64,000 nt of DNA from positions 21,789,009-21,853,008 of the forward strand of contig NC_068984.1 in NCBI RefSeq assembly GCF_001194135.2, written 5' to 3'. Position numbers and translations under genes: made by a program. The notes beneath the pieces are model-generated. The model saw only the letters and a program-made list of their open reading frames with translations. It had not been told where the DNA came from and searched no databases. Position 1 is the first letter of the stretch; every line of letters starts with the position of its first letter. The DNA comes from Octopus bimaculoides. Taxonomy: Eukaryota. This document shows, one piece after another, positions 26,561-40,421 of this stretch.

Positions 26561-27934
26561 CCGAGGGGAGATCCTTGATATTCAACCTGCTTTAGATTAA
26601 CTCCGCATTACCGATGAGTTCAAATAACTGCGAAACATATACAGAGTTTTCACGTTTCTATATTTTATTTTACATAATTTTTCCCATTAATTTAAAGTTA
26701 AGAGGTGTCACCTTTGTCTTTTATGATTTTATTATTTAAACTTTCTTAGTTCATGCTATTAAATAGGTTACAAAATAATTTATTAATTAATAATCTTTAC
26801 TAAATAAAGGGAATATTTTCCTATACAGAAAATGAAGAAAAAGATTTACACTCTACTTATCGAAAGCAGTTGCAATGGAATTGTCAGCGACAAGATCGCA
26901 TTTGGGCGATGAAAATTTCAAAGTCTCATGAAATAAATTTAAATGTAAAGGGAATTAAGAGTTTTACGCTATTAAATGCCTCTTTTATGGTATAGTTACT
27001 TCACTTTCAACACATGGTCTCATATAAAATCACCTGCTTGAAAAGTTCTATGTTTTATGTTATGTGAAATAGTAATATTTGTAACTCTTCCAAACACGTT
27101 CGAATATGCTTGAACATATAAAGAATGAATAAATAAGTTATAGTTTTAAACATAGCTAGATAGAATTTTATTATACTTAAATCCGTCCGACAATATATGG
27201 CACAAGAAACCTTAAAGCGATAGCTCGGTCTGGTGGAATTGCCAGTTAAATCCGGACTCTCCAATCAAACCTAACACTTTTGCGAAAAATAATGCTAAGA
27301 ATTATGTAGAACGGGGTACACTTTCGCTTTGATTATACGCTGTTAGGACAGAGAAAGCCTAGGTTTAAGTAGCTACAATAGCAATAAATCTAGCACAAGG
27401 TCTGTCGCTAAAACAGTAAAGGTAAGATATTTGTCTTTTCTGTTGAAGACTGTCCATTGAAATTATGCTTTTAAAGCTGCTGAGTAAAATCTAGTTCCAA
27501 AGTCGTGATTCTTTTTCCCTACGAAATCTGGTATTTCATACTTAATCTTTACTGAAGCTTTACTAATGACTGTTCAAACTCAATTTTGAATTTTATCCTT
27601 TCGAGATTAATAGCAACAATAAAATATTCTAATCTATCTGTAATGCTATAAGAGCTTTTGCTACGTCAGAGAAAATCATTTGCAAACGTTTTGATAGATG
27701 TAACTATATCTCCACCTTTGTAGTACCTCTCCACCGCTAATAACACCAATGTTCTTGATATATAATATAAGGCATATATCATATAACAACCCATTGCACA
27801 TTTAAAACTTTCACATTCATAGATGCACAAAGAGAGACTAAATAACAAATGACTAAATAAAAAGAAAACTATTATAATAAAGCAGTTATGCAGTAAAAAA
27901 AAGTACCTTCAGAATTTTGTGCTATATGTTATAC

Positions 27935-27967
27935 CAGTGGTTCCCAATCTGGGGTTCGCGGACCACC
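27935..27967 (+). mobile_element. Single hAT-like terminal inverted repeat remnant
   Basis: CAGTGGTTCCCAATCTGGGGTTCGCGGACC resembles hAT/Charlie-type termini. No partner end was found. Confidence 0.35.
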
Positions 27968-28632
27968 AATTTAGTTTAATTAGCTGATCCTACGTTATAG
28001 GAGTTTTAAAATTGTTGGATACAATATTTCAAGGACTACATTTACCATTCCGGGAGATTGAGCTACTATCTTTAACAAGCCGAATGACGATATAGCAATC
28101 ATCCTCATTGGTTCGACTTGTAACTATATAATATGTATAGGTACTACTTAAATGTAAGCAGCTGAACTTTCTATCCGTAACGAGTTTTACTCATACATAC
28201 ATATATTTATCTTTTATATATGCTATCTTTTATATATGTTATCTATTTCAAATATTTTGCATGTTATGTCCATGCTTTTTTTTGTCTTATAAATGCAACA
28301 TGTAGAATGTACATACATATTTTATATATTTTACTTACGTTACGAATGCAATTTTAAGTTCTTCCTTTGTTTCTTCGGCCGTGCAAGAAATACTAAAACC
28401 GTGCATTGTTACACCAAACTCATCATAACACAACCAAAGAGTATTCGTTTTGGCTGACATGTATTCATCCTTGGATCAATGGTCACCTAATATGACTCAT
28501 AGTCAGAAGTATAGTCTGTAACCACTTCATACGACCATCAAAACCAACACGAACTCGTGCTCATGCAAACGTACACATACACACTGGGTTACTCGAACAG
28601 GAAATGATATAAATAAAGTGGTTTATACTTAC

Positions 28633-28698
28633 TAATATGAGGAAGTTGAATATGAACATGGAATATTTGAGAAAATTTCCACACCTCGTCAACCCCAT
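28633..28698 (-). CDS. Tetraspanin coding exon 1 (start codon and first half of TM1)
   Basis: ATG at 28698 in a strong context (GAGATGG). Encodes MGLTRCGNFLKYSMFIFNFLIL, matching the tetraspanin N-terminal pattern KY.MF.FNF. Phase-0 donor GTAAGT at 28632 joins in frame to exon 12915-13109. Confidence 0.9.
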
Positions 28699-28759
28699 CT
28701 CGGAATATGAACTCGCCGTGACTGTCGGGTTAATGGTGACGGACTGAATGGAACAGGCT
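28699..28759 (-). other. 5' UTR part of the first coding tetraspanin exon
   Basis: A pyrimidine-rich acceptor TGTTTGCTTTTCCTTGCAG (AG at 28761-28760) implies at least one upstream non-coding exon. No upstream ATG in these 61 nt. Confidence 0.65.
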
Positions 28760-28856
28760 CTGCAAGGAAAAGCAAACATAAATAATACATATGAATAAGA
28801 GTAGAATATGCAAAGAAATGTAAATAAATACACATTAATGGAAAACAAGTATAGAA

Positions 28857-29075
28857 GAGATTGGTTTCAAATTTCGGCACGAGTCCAGCAGTTCTGGGGG
28901 AGGGTCAAGTCGAATACATCAATCCCAGTGTTCAACTGGTACTTATTTTATCGACTTCGTAAGGTTGAAAGACAAAGTCAACCCCAACGGAATATGAACT
29001 CAGAACGTCAAGACGGACGAAATGTCACTAAGCATTTTACTCGGAGTGCTAACGATTCTGTCAGCTTGCCTCCTT
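28857..29075 (-). mobile_element. SINE family D copy
   Basis: Family D core and head, about 100 nt upstream of the tetraspanin acceptor. Confidence 0.7.
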
Positions 29076-31786
29076 CGATTTACGTTGATGTCAAATTTTA
29101 GCAAAAGGTTAGTAAGTTCGGGGAGGGGATAGGTCGATTATATCGAGAGTTGCACTAAATGGAAGAATATTACATGAGATAGACTGGTATATTATCAAAC
29201 TGGTGCAGAGACCGAAACAAAAATGGCCTTATTAAACTGCTATGAGGCATTCAACTTCAACAGTTCGGTTTAAAATATTAATTGCAGCTCCAGTGAAACG
29301 AAACTGCTCTCCAACTCAGGTTTGATTATTGTTCGAAGGTGTTTCACTTTTCTGATGTTGATAATTACATTTGAAAATGTATGAGCTTTACAATTTCCTT
29401 CCTCACCAGATTCAAGACTGACAATAATCTCCTAATGGATATCTGTCATTAAGAATTGTCAAACTGAAAATGCAGATTTGTATTTGATATGTTTGAAATT
29501 AATTAGCAGATAATATTTAATCATTTTATCAACGGATTCATTTTTGTTAGTTAGGAAGGAGGGAAGCGCTGATAACCCTTTACAGAGTCAACGAAAGTGG
29601 AGAGAGGATACAAGGTATCCTCAAAATGGAGACGTAGTTCGAATCCTTGCGACAGAACTGATTTGTTACTGTCGCCCAAAGTGCCAGGTGCAGGTATTAA
29701 ATCATTTGATAGTTTGAGTCTACTACCTAATTAGACCGTGACGGGTTTTGAACTCAGAACACAAAAAACCCGCAGCAAACATAAGGCAAATGGTTCGATG
29801 TTTATACGTTATCGTTAACCCACTGCCCTAAACTGGTACATCTTTTTTTATCGATCCCTAAAGGATAAAAGTTAAAGTTGACCTCAACGGAAATTGAACT
29901 AAGGGCGTTCATTAGTGTTGAAATTAATAAGATGAGGCTTCTTTCCGATGCTCTAACGAGTCTGTTGATTCGTTACCTACATACTGTTAGAGGGATCTAT
30001 CTAGGAAGTGAATATTGGCATCATAATTTTTTCTATTGCGAAAATACTATAGTAATGCAAGCTGTAATAATATAGTCCAAGTTATTTACCGATTACTCGG
30101 TGCACAGGAGCAACTTAGATTAGTTACTACAAGTTACTATAAGCTAAGGAACATATACGTTGTAAGTTTGGTCTGAATAATCTGAAAAGCATCTGGTTCC
30201 TTGGTACTGAATTCAAGTTATGTAATTAGTTATATAGGCGCAAGCGTTGGTATGTTGTAGGAAGTGTGTTTCTCAACCACATGGTCCCGGATTCAGTCTC
30301 ACTGCGTGGCACAATGGGTAAGTGTCTTCTATAGCATATATACGTATTTATGTGCATATATATNNNNNNNNNNNNNNNNNNNNNNNNNNNNNNNNNNNNN
30401 NNNNNNNNNNNNNNNNNNNNNNNNNNNNNNNNNNNNNNNNNNNNNNNNNNNNNNNNNNNNNNNNNNNNNNNNNNNNNNNNNNNNNNNNNNNNNNNNNNNN
30501 NNNNNNNNNNNNNNNNNNNNNNNNNNNNNNNNNNNNNNNNNNNNNNNNNNNNNNNNNNNNNNNNNNNNNNNNNNNNNNNNNNNNNNNNNNNNNNNNNNNN
30601 NNNNNNNNNNNNNNNNNNNNNNNNNNNNNNNNNNNNNNNNNNNNNNNNNNNNNNNNNNNNNNNNNNNNNNNNNNNNNNNNNNNNNNNNNNNNNNNNNNNN
30701 NNNNNNNNNNNNNNNNNNNNNNNNNNNNNNNNNNNNNNNNNNNNNNNNNNNNNNNNNNNNNNNNNNNNNNNNNNNNNNNNNNNNNNNNNNNNNNNNNNNN
30801 NNNNNNNNNNNNNNNNNNNNNNNNNNNNNNNNNNNNNNNNNNNNNNNNNNNNNNNNNNNNNNNNNNNNNNNNNNNNNNNNNNNNNNNNNNNNNNNNNNNN
30901 NNNNNNNNNNNNNNNNNNNNNNNNNNNNNNNNNNNNNNNNNNNNNNNNNNNNNNNNNNNNNNNNNNNNNNNNNNNNNNNNNNNNNNNNNNNNNNNNNNNN
31001 NNNNNNNNNNNNNNNNNNNNNNNNNNNNNNNNNNNNNNNNNNNNNNNNNNNNNNNNNNNNNNNNNNNNNNNNNNNNNNNNNNNNNNNNNNNNNNNNNNNN
31101 NNNNNNNNNNNNNNNNNNNNNNNNNNNNNNNNNNNNNNNNNNNNNNNNNNNNNNNNNNNNNNNNNNNNNNNNNNNNNNNNNNNNNNNNNNNNNNNNNNNN
31201 NNNNNNNNNNNNNNNNNNNNNNNNNNNNNNNNNNNNNNNNNNNNNNNNNNNNNNNNNNNNNNNNNNNNNNNNNNNNNNNNNNNNNNNNNNNNNNNNNNNN
31301 NNNNNNNNNNNNNNNNNNNNNNNNNNNNNNNNNCTTGTGGTATTTCATCATGGCTGGTATGACAGACTTTATATATATATATACATATACACGTGTGTAC
31401 CTGCATATATACGTATGTATTCGTCTATATGTGTGCGTATGCGCGTGTATCTAGTTCTATGTATATACCCATATACTTGGATGTGCGTGCGTGAGCGCGT
31501 ATATATATGTGCGTATATATATGTATTTGTGTATGTATATGTGCGTCTAAGCACGAACACAAAAATATTCTCAACTTCTACATCCTTTTCTTTCTCTTAA
31601 CAGTTACAACAGCGAAGGCTCATTATGTCATTTTCTCTAAACTAGAATGTATAATTTTCACGTTCATATCTGAAGTTTCTGCGTTTCAATTTTTCTGTGT
31701 TTTTTACCCAATCTCGAAATTGATGGACATATAGCAATAGATAAAACCGAATCAGAGAATCTCTAGTAAGACTTCTTTTTATTGAT

Positions 31787-31826
31787 GTACCCGAAGAAAC
31801 CCAGAACGGGTCAAAACATGTCGTAC
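31787..31826 (+). ncRNA. Decayed minimal hammerhead motif
   Basis: GTAC CCGAAGA AACCC AGAAC GGGTC AAAA CATG TC GTAC. Stem I GTAC/GTAC, stem II ACCC/GGGT, palindromic ACATGT, GUC site. Three single changes from consensus (U4>C, G10.1>A, G12>A). Confidence 0.5.
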
Positions 31827-31982
31827 CTACTAAAATATTTTACTCATTCCATCTATTTTATTAATACTGTTAATATATATATATATTGATAGGAAGGACA
31901 CCAAAAGAAAGAAAGTGACCTCGATATTATGTAAATAGAAGAATTCATCTGTAAAAATATATGACACTTATTCGGTAGCCAT

Positions 31983-32043
31983 GATAAAACTCCGAGTTTC
32001 GGATGCCGGGGCGGAAACCCACGCCAACATGTCTTCAGTTATC
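31983..32043 (-). ncRNA. Hammerhead motif in the left arm
   Basis: Minus strand: GATAA CTGAAGA CATGTTGGCGTGGGTTTCCGCCCCGGCATCC GAAAC TCGGAG TT TTATC. The base of stem II is weakened (C at position 10.1). Confidence 0.55.
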
Positions 32044-32298
32044 CGGCCATTGAAAATTCCTGTGAAAAATGACCGTTAAACAAAGGGAAATTACTGTGTA
32101 GTGACCATCATTAAGACAAAAGAGCTAATAGACCGCTAAGTAGGACGGATTCGTGCGCTTACGCGAAGCTATAGACTTCTCTACTCCCTTACCTTAACCT
32201 ACTTAGCGGTCTATTAGCTCTTTTGTCTTAATGATGGTCACTACACAGTAATTTCCCTTTGTTTAACGGTCATTTTTCACAGGAATTCTCAATGGCCG

Positions 32299-32359
32299 GA
32301 TAACTGACGAGATGTTGGCGTGGGCCCCCACCCCCGCATCCGAAACTCGGAGTTTTATC
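32299..32359 (+). ncRNA. Hammerhead motif in the right arm
   Basis: GATAA CTGACGA GATG...CATC C GAAAC TCGGAG TT TTATC. 5-bp stem I, GATG/CATC stem II with one extra C, near-palindromic AACTC-G-GAGTT stem III, GUU site. Confidence 0.65.
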
Positions 32360-32416
32360 ATGGCTACCGAATAAGTGTCACATATTTTTACAGATATATA
32401 TATATATATATATATA

Positions 32417-33130
<714 letters not shown>

Positions 33131-33630
33131 AGAAAAAGGAGATAAGTGAAGAAGTAGATAAACTCTTGGGAGACTATATACGCCAGTCTGTAAATTCTTG
33201 TATTCGTACTTTTACTGCACTCACGTCAAAATAATTTTGGCGAAGTCATGAACTTCCTAGGCCAAATTTTCTAAATGGTTATACTTTAAATATTATCACC
33301 AACATTTATCTATTCAACATTTACAATCCCTAAGCTAAAGACATCAAATTTGCTGCTACAAAAATATTATCAGCTAAAGACATATGTTAAACGATATTTA
33401 TTAAGCTTAATTGTCAACCACGAGGATAAGTACGCCGTAAAATATTTACAAAGTTCGAGGAGGAATATTTACCCCAACAACATATTTTTATATATATATC
33501 TATATATATGCGTGCGTGTGTGTGTGTGTGTGCGCGCTCATACACACGAATATATTTATATACACACATTCAATACATAGATATATATATATACACACAC
33601 ACATATACATATATATATATTTACATGTAT

Positions 33631-33714
<84 letters not shown>

Positions 33715-33815
33715 ATATATATATATAACATGAATGAATATATGAGTATATAAACATATATATATCCATATACCTATATGTATGTATGTATGTTTCTCTC
33801 ATCCTCTCTTTCTTG

Positions 33816-33849
<34 letters not shown>

Positions 33850-34088
33850 CGATAATAATACAAATAATATGTGAGTATATTCATATATACGTACATATAT
33901 GTACAAACTTACATCTACATTATATATGGATGCATATCTGGGTACAGGACGTCACAAAAAAACGTTGGGCAAAATGAAAAACATAACATAATGAGTGTAC
34001 AGAAGCACAAACGGACAACATAGAGAATATTTCCTTCATCAGCTGCCCCTATTCTAAACTAAGCGTTTCGAAGAATTAGGGCAGCATA

Positions 34089-34480
34089 TATCTCGTTCTT
34101 ATGTGAGATGCAGTGGACGGTACCATGGTGCCAAAGGTACCGTCCACTGCATCTCACATAAGAACGAGATACTGCAGCAGCCTCGGTTTCAGAGGACCTC
34201 AGCTCTTCAATGCCCTGCCAAAACATTTGAGAGACATGCAAAACATGGATACGGAGGTCTTCAAGAAAAACTTGACACTTTCCTCTCCACGGTACCAGAC
34301 GAACCAATGGCTCGTAATGAGACGCAGTTTAGGGCAGCTATGTCAAATTCTCTTATACACCAGATGTGCCATCAAAACTCTTGATTGGACCATGTCAGGT
34401 GGGGGAGAAGAGCCATGCGAGGAACGTGAAAATCACGGTTATGCACCAGCATGACCGCAGCCACTTGGCTGAAACACATA
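34089..34480 (+). mobile_element. CR1/L2-group LINE 3' fragment with a fold-back at its 5' junction
   Basis: VPKVPSTASHIRTRYCSSLGFRGPQLFNALPKHLRD...VFKKNL and DTFLSTVPDEP across ORFs 34113-34454 and 34103-34384 are typical RT C-terminal motifs. Confidence 0.75.
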
Positions 34481-34943
34481 NNNNNNNNNNNNNNNNNNNN
34501 NNNTATATATATATGTATGTATGCGTGTTTGCGTATATATTATCGTGTAGTAGAACGTAAACAATCTGTTTTTACAGAAGTGAGGAAGGATTTTAAATAC
34601 CAGTGTAGAGTGTAATTCTTGCTCATGCTATTGCTGTGATTGTGTTGACAAAGACAGGAACTTGTTGAAATTTTCAGGATTGTTAACTCTAATTGTTTGT
34701 GCTGCAATTTAGCAGATCCTGGTAAGATCACTTCAGGCCTTCATTTATATATGGTGTTATTAGGGCGCATATGAATGCAAGATGTCTTACGTGTATATAA
34801 AAAACATTTGAAAATACATATCTTTCTGTGTATATATATATATATATACTTCTAATACAAGGATGAAATTTTATTATAAAGTTTTATCAGTGGCTAGCAT
34901 ATGAAAAACACCTTTTAATGTGAAAATTATAAATGCAATTATA

Positions 34944-35215
34944 AACAAGATCACTCAGAGTGCGTAAACCTCCGCCAAGGCAACACCAACGTCCTCTCAT
35001 CGATTAGCCGAAGATGATTTTTAAAGTGAGAATATCTTAAATAAACTCGACTGCTCTCACAAACGAGAATACTAAAAATGAACCCGACCGCGCTCAAAAA
35101 TTAAGTAAAAAACAGGAAAAATAATCCAAAATCCTTGTCCGGTACGGGATCGATTCCAAAATCTAATCAGTTCGTGCCAGTCACGAGGCCAAACATCCCT
35201 GAAAGTTTCATCATT
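34944..35215. mobile_element. Unclassified interspersed repeat, possibly a Helentron-associated non-autonomous type
   Basis: Begins ACAAGATCACTCAGAGTGCGTAAACCTCCGCCAAGGC. I recall the CTCCGCCAAGG terminus from widespread aquatic-animal MITE/HINE-like repeats; this is not verified. Confidence 0.3.
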
Positions 35216-38129
35216 ATTTATAATTGTATATATATATATATATATATATATAAACATACATACATACATATGTACTGCTGTAGTGGCGATGTATATTGTT
35301 AAGCAGGCCTGTAAAGTGGTACGACAGTAATGCGTAATGTTAGTGTAGTGTTGGATAAATGATTTAAATATTATAGTAGTAATGTATAGTCCCCATGTAG
35401 TAATACTAATAGTGATGTATAAGTGCTATAGAAGAGAGTAGTGATGCATAGTGCTGTGTTACTACTTAGCTATGTTTAGTACTACGGTAAGGATATATAG
35501 TGCGATGCTACTATTTAGTAACGTAATTCTATAGTAGGGATGTGCTGTGCTATGGAACTACGTCTATAGTACCGTGGTAAGGATATTTAGAACTGTAGCG
35601 GTTATGGATAGTGCTTTACAAAGCAGCTTAATGCGGTTTATTGTGGCGTAGTGTATTGTGTAATGAACTTTTGATCTGTTTTGAATACTTCCAGTATTCT
35701 AATATTCCAAGAGGATATTAATTTCTAGTGGAAGATCACATTTTATTCCAGTATTGTAATATCTCTGTATTACCATTCTGCTTCTTCCAATTGTTCTGTT
35801 TTCTGTGTATGAGCCATTGTAGCTAGCTATTTGAATGAAGAGTTTGGAACGTTGCCAGTGAAATGTTTCTGTTAATTAAGGAAAACTTGGATTTCGGTGA
35901 AGTAATTATATCGCTGAATTTAATAGATTTGTTTGATATTTCACAGAAGATTAGTAATTTGTAAAGGCATTGCATAAAGACGGAAGACATCTGAAGAAAC
36001 TCTATTGCAACGTAGGAGTTTTAGAACTTGTTGAGAGGAAAGCAAATAAGGATTGAGTGAAAAAGATCGCGCAGCAAGGGTTGAAACGTATGCCCCAATC
36101 AACAATATTATATAACGATATTATATAACAATATTTCATAACAATATTATTAAATAATAGTCTATAACACTATTATTTAACGGTGTTACTCGACAGATAA
36201 TATTATCTAAGCTTCGTATTTTTAATTATGGTTAATATACAAACACTAAACAATAGTGAACAAGTTAAGTAATTAAAATGGAACAGCAGGACTTTTAAAC
36301 GTAACATACTGTTATGTAATAAAGACGCCACTACACAAATGTTATCATAAATGTACATCAGTTGTCATTAAATATCCATTATGCTAAAGGAAAACAATCT
36401 GAAATTGATAATCAAATATTGATAATCAAATCTGAATAATATAATTTTACTAAACCAGCTTTTATTTTTATCTAAATGATCAACATATTCACAATCGTAC
36501 ATACGTAGGTATTCAAACTCACGCACACATAGGTATTTACCCTTATATCCATACAATTAAGATCACAATCTATCCAGTGAGATAGGTTCTAGATGGTCAT
36601 TCAACTTGCTAGAAATAGCAACAAAGCTACTCTCAAATCAGATCTATCTTACAAAAAGAAAAACATCAATGGATAATGCATTTGTAATCCTATCGTCTGA
36701 AAACAAGTTGTGATAGGCATGGCCGGAATAATTTGCTTATCTTTCCTATACAAAAAACAACAGAGTCACCTTAATTTTGAGTGATATCTATTTATAACCA
36801 TCTATTTGGAGGAGTCCTTGTATATTGTGAATCATGCTAGAAATTTTCTGAAAATTGTAGTAACACTATTTTTAGTCTTCCCATGCTTTTCTAGTCTCAC
36901 AAACAAGAATATCAGAGTCCTGAAATTTTTCATTGAAATTATTCGGAAAAAACCGCAAAGAGCTGTTATAGACAAGAAATAGCGACAACAGTAGATGTCC
37001 TACATGTATGCAAGGTTTCAAATTTAGATCCTGAGAGAAGAATGGATATTGTGAATATCTCTGCTTTTTCTCAAAATCGTGTCGTAAGGTAATTAACATA
37101 ACATGGATCAGCAATCGAAAAGGCCTCCCAATTTCAGTAGAAATAAATTCTGCAGTAACTGAATTCTACTTTACACCGCACACTACTTACTGTGAAAATA
37201 CATTCGCTCTAATAACTATCACGAAATGTTTGACTTCCTTTAACTCTAGGTTTATATCTTACATGGCTGATGCAATTTGTATTAGCATTACACATATTCG
37301 CCGAATTAGTAAAGGTAAATTTCAATTTTTAGTACATTTCGCTATAAAAATGTGTTTAATGACTGCAGATTGCACCAGTCATTGATATTCCGTTTTTCTT
37401 CTAAGATTCAAGATCAAAATAAATTTAAATAAATTTTTTACTTCCTCCGCCACGTTTGATGCAAATCCATCTGGAAGAGTTTTTCGCACTTCATAAATGA
37501 TATTCTATCATAGATGAGAATATTATGTAGTGTGATATTTGTATATTTTTGTTCTTTGTTTCACATCATTTCAGGCAAATTGTGCAGGAAATAAATAATA
37601 AACCAATATGTTTTTTCCCACAAAATAAAAACAAATATTAATAACTCAGAAAAAATTTTATGAAACATGAAAAATTCGAATGAATACTGTAAAAAATATA
37701 TAAAAGATTTATAGTTGATATAAAAACGTTTCATTTATCAGTTATTTATGAAAATTCATGGAAAATATGTGCAAAAAATGTGGTATAGGAAAAGTTTATA
37801 TATATATATATAATGAGTTGAAAGTTACATTGCAGTCAGTACGACTACTCAGAGAGTGAATAATACAGACAAATTTGGTGTTCTTGAAAGTAATATATAA
37901 AATTATCATCACTTTGGTTAGGTACATATGTTTCAGATATGTACACTCGCATGTTTTCAGAGAAAAAGTTACGGGTTTGTATTTTGTTACAAACTGAATA
38001 TCCCCAGCAAGTGACACTTCTCATTACATTTAAAAATGAAAGTATTTTCGTTAGTTTGAAAAATTGTGACAGAGTTCTCATCTCAAGTCTTTTCAACTAT
38101 CTCAGTACAATTGATAAGGTTTAATACTA

Positions 38130-38850
38130 ATCTCAAATATTGACCTGAGGAGTGGGGAGTAAGTCGATTACATTGACTCTAATGTTCAACTATTTATCTT
38201 ATCGACCTCGAAAGGTTGAATGGCAGAGTTGGTCTCGACGGAATTTGAACTCAGAACGTGAAACCAGAGGAAATGCTGCTAAGCATTTTGGCCAGCATGC
38301 TAACGGTTCTGCCAGCTCACCGACTTAATATTGCATGCTAATATCAAACCTTATCTCGTCTGTCCTTACATTCGGAGTTCAAATTCCACCGAGGTCCATT
38401 TTGCCTTCTATCCTTCGGGTCGATAAAATCGACTTAATCCCTCACCTGAAATTTCTAGGCTCGTTCCAAAGTTTGAATCCAATATTAAACTTTGTCTAAG
38501 GCTTTGCCTTTCATCTTTTCGGAGTCGATAAAATAACCCTGGGATCGAAGTAACTTAGTCCCTCCCCTGAGTTTTCCGGCTTTCTACCAAATTTTGAAAC
38601 CAATATTAACATATAATATTTGCATTTCTGAAAGCGACGAGCTGGCGGAATCATTACCGCGCTGGGAAGAATATTTAGTAGCATTTCTTCCGACTTTATA
38701 TTTTGAGTTCAAATGCCACCGAGGTCAATTTTGCTTTTAAACCTTCGGGCCGATAACATAAAGTACCAGTTGAATGCTAAGGTCAATGTAATCGACTTAC
38801 TCCTCCCCTGACGTTGCTGCCCTTGTGCCAAAATTTGAAACCAATATTTG
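38130..38850. mobile_element. Cluster of four SINE family D copies in both orientations
   Basis: About 38140-38325 (minus), and about 38340-38480, 38490-38600 and 38632-38845 (plus). Confidence 0.7.
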
Positions 38851-38890
38851 TATTCCTGTAGGAACATCTAACAACGTGTTACTGTGCGTA

Positions 38891-38933
<43 letters not shown>

Positions 38934-39229
38934 NNNNNNNNNNNNNNNNNNNNNNNNNNNNNNNNNNNNNNNNNNNNNNNNNNNNNNNNNNNNNNNNNNN
39001 NNNNNNNNNNNNNNNNNNNNNNNNNNNNNNATATCTTTTATCTAGTTTCAGTCATTTGACTGCGGCCATGCTGGGGCATTGCCTTGCAGAACTTTTTGTT
39101 GAATGGATCGGCCCCAGTACTTATTGTTTTTAAAATTCAAGTACTAATTCTATCGGGCACTTTTGTCAAACCGCTTGTAGACACGAACGCCGGTTGTCAA
39201 GCGATGAGGAGCCAAACACAGGCACGATG

Positions 39230-39261
<32 letters not shown>

Positions 39262-40421
39262 TTGTAATTGTATATTTGCCTGTGTTTAGGTTAGCTTTGT
39301 TGTAAATGTCCCTTTATAACTCGTAACCAAATGGGTCTACAAACAGAACTGAACGGATTAAATGCTAGCCTGAAATATGCAATGTGGGCGATTGATCGAC
39401 TAAAAAACCTTGAAAGTGTTGCCCCAGAATGGCTGTAGGCGACTGACTAAATCGGGTAAATTAGATAAATATTTCAAACAAATAAATGAATAACTATATA
39501 ACGGCCTAGCGGTAACGTGTGCCAAATGAGCAAGCAGCAGTAGAAGCGGATAATTGATGAGGGCTTTGTCAGAGTGCATTGCTGCGCTGAAATCTTCACA
39601 AGGCAAATTATTAAGAGATATGCAGAGAAGCGTTAACACACACCACAACACCTAATAAAACGAGAGAGAGAGAGAGAGAAAGAAAGAGAGAGAGAGATAG
39701 AAGAGAGAGAGAGATATAGAAGAGAGAGAGGGTGGGGAAAAATGGAAGATCACAGCTCCGAGCAGAAATATTATCTGAAGCAGATTCCATAAATCTGAGC
39801 TAGAGTAATTTAATTTTTTTTTCATTATTATTATTTTAATAGTAAACAGACATACTGGCATGTCCAAAGTTTGGCCTTTCATACACGATTTATTTCCTGT
39901 ATGAGTTGGTTGATATATAAAGAGAAATAAGCATCAGAGCTACATTGGCTTGTGACTACATTAAATTATTGAGCGAATTGAATAAAATATAAAAGAACTT
40001 CCTTTTTACTTTGCATCTAGAAATGCAATGAATTATATAGAACTTTTGAAAATAGCTGCCATATTTGATAGAAAAATAAAGGTAGAAATAAATAAAATAT
40101 CATGACGCATTTAGCGAATATGATATTCAAAGTATGAAATAAAATTAATCTGAAGGTGTTCTTATAAACAGTTGTTAAATAAGTTGAGAAGATATATAAA
40201 AGCTAGTCTATAGTCCAACTTTACTGACAGAAATGAAACAGGAAACTATATGTTTAGAAAATCAGACAAGTTCTACTGCAGAAATGTTAAGGTCGACTAA
40301 TGATTTTAGCTTGAGTTTAGTATATATACATTCTCGTTATATACACATTATATATACATACATGTTGTTATTAATTGCTTACAGTGTAATTTTTTCTGTA
40401 ATTTACTACTGTGAGTATCGT

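Larger units (their letters stand above)
31947..32395. mobile_element. Near-perfect fold-back element (198-bp arms, 53-nt spacer) carrying hammerhead motifs; PLE-like
   Basis: Arms 31947-32144 and 32198-32395 are reverse complements with 9 mismatches by manual alignment. Confidence 0.85.

Noticed and set aside
26601-26646. CCGATGAGTTCAAATAACTGCGAAACATA hammerhead-like string
   Set aside because: The core is mutated and stems I and II are poorly paired. It cannot be distinguished from chance without a family consensus.
34030-34088. Minus-strand GAAAC...CTGATGA as a type II hammerhead
   Set aside because: Stem I cannot form between the cleavage site and the core. The flanks instead form a simple hairpin (CTGCCC/GGGCAG).
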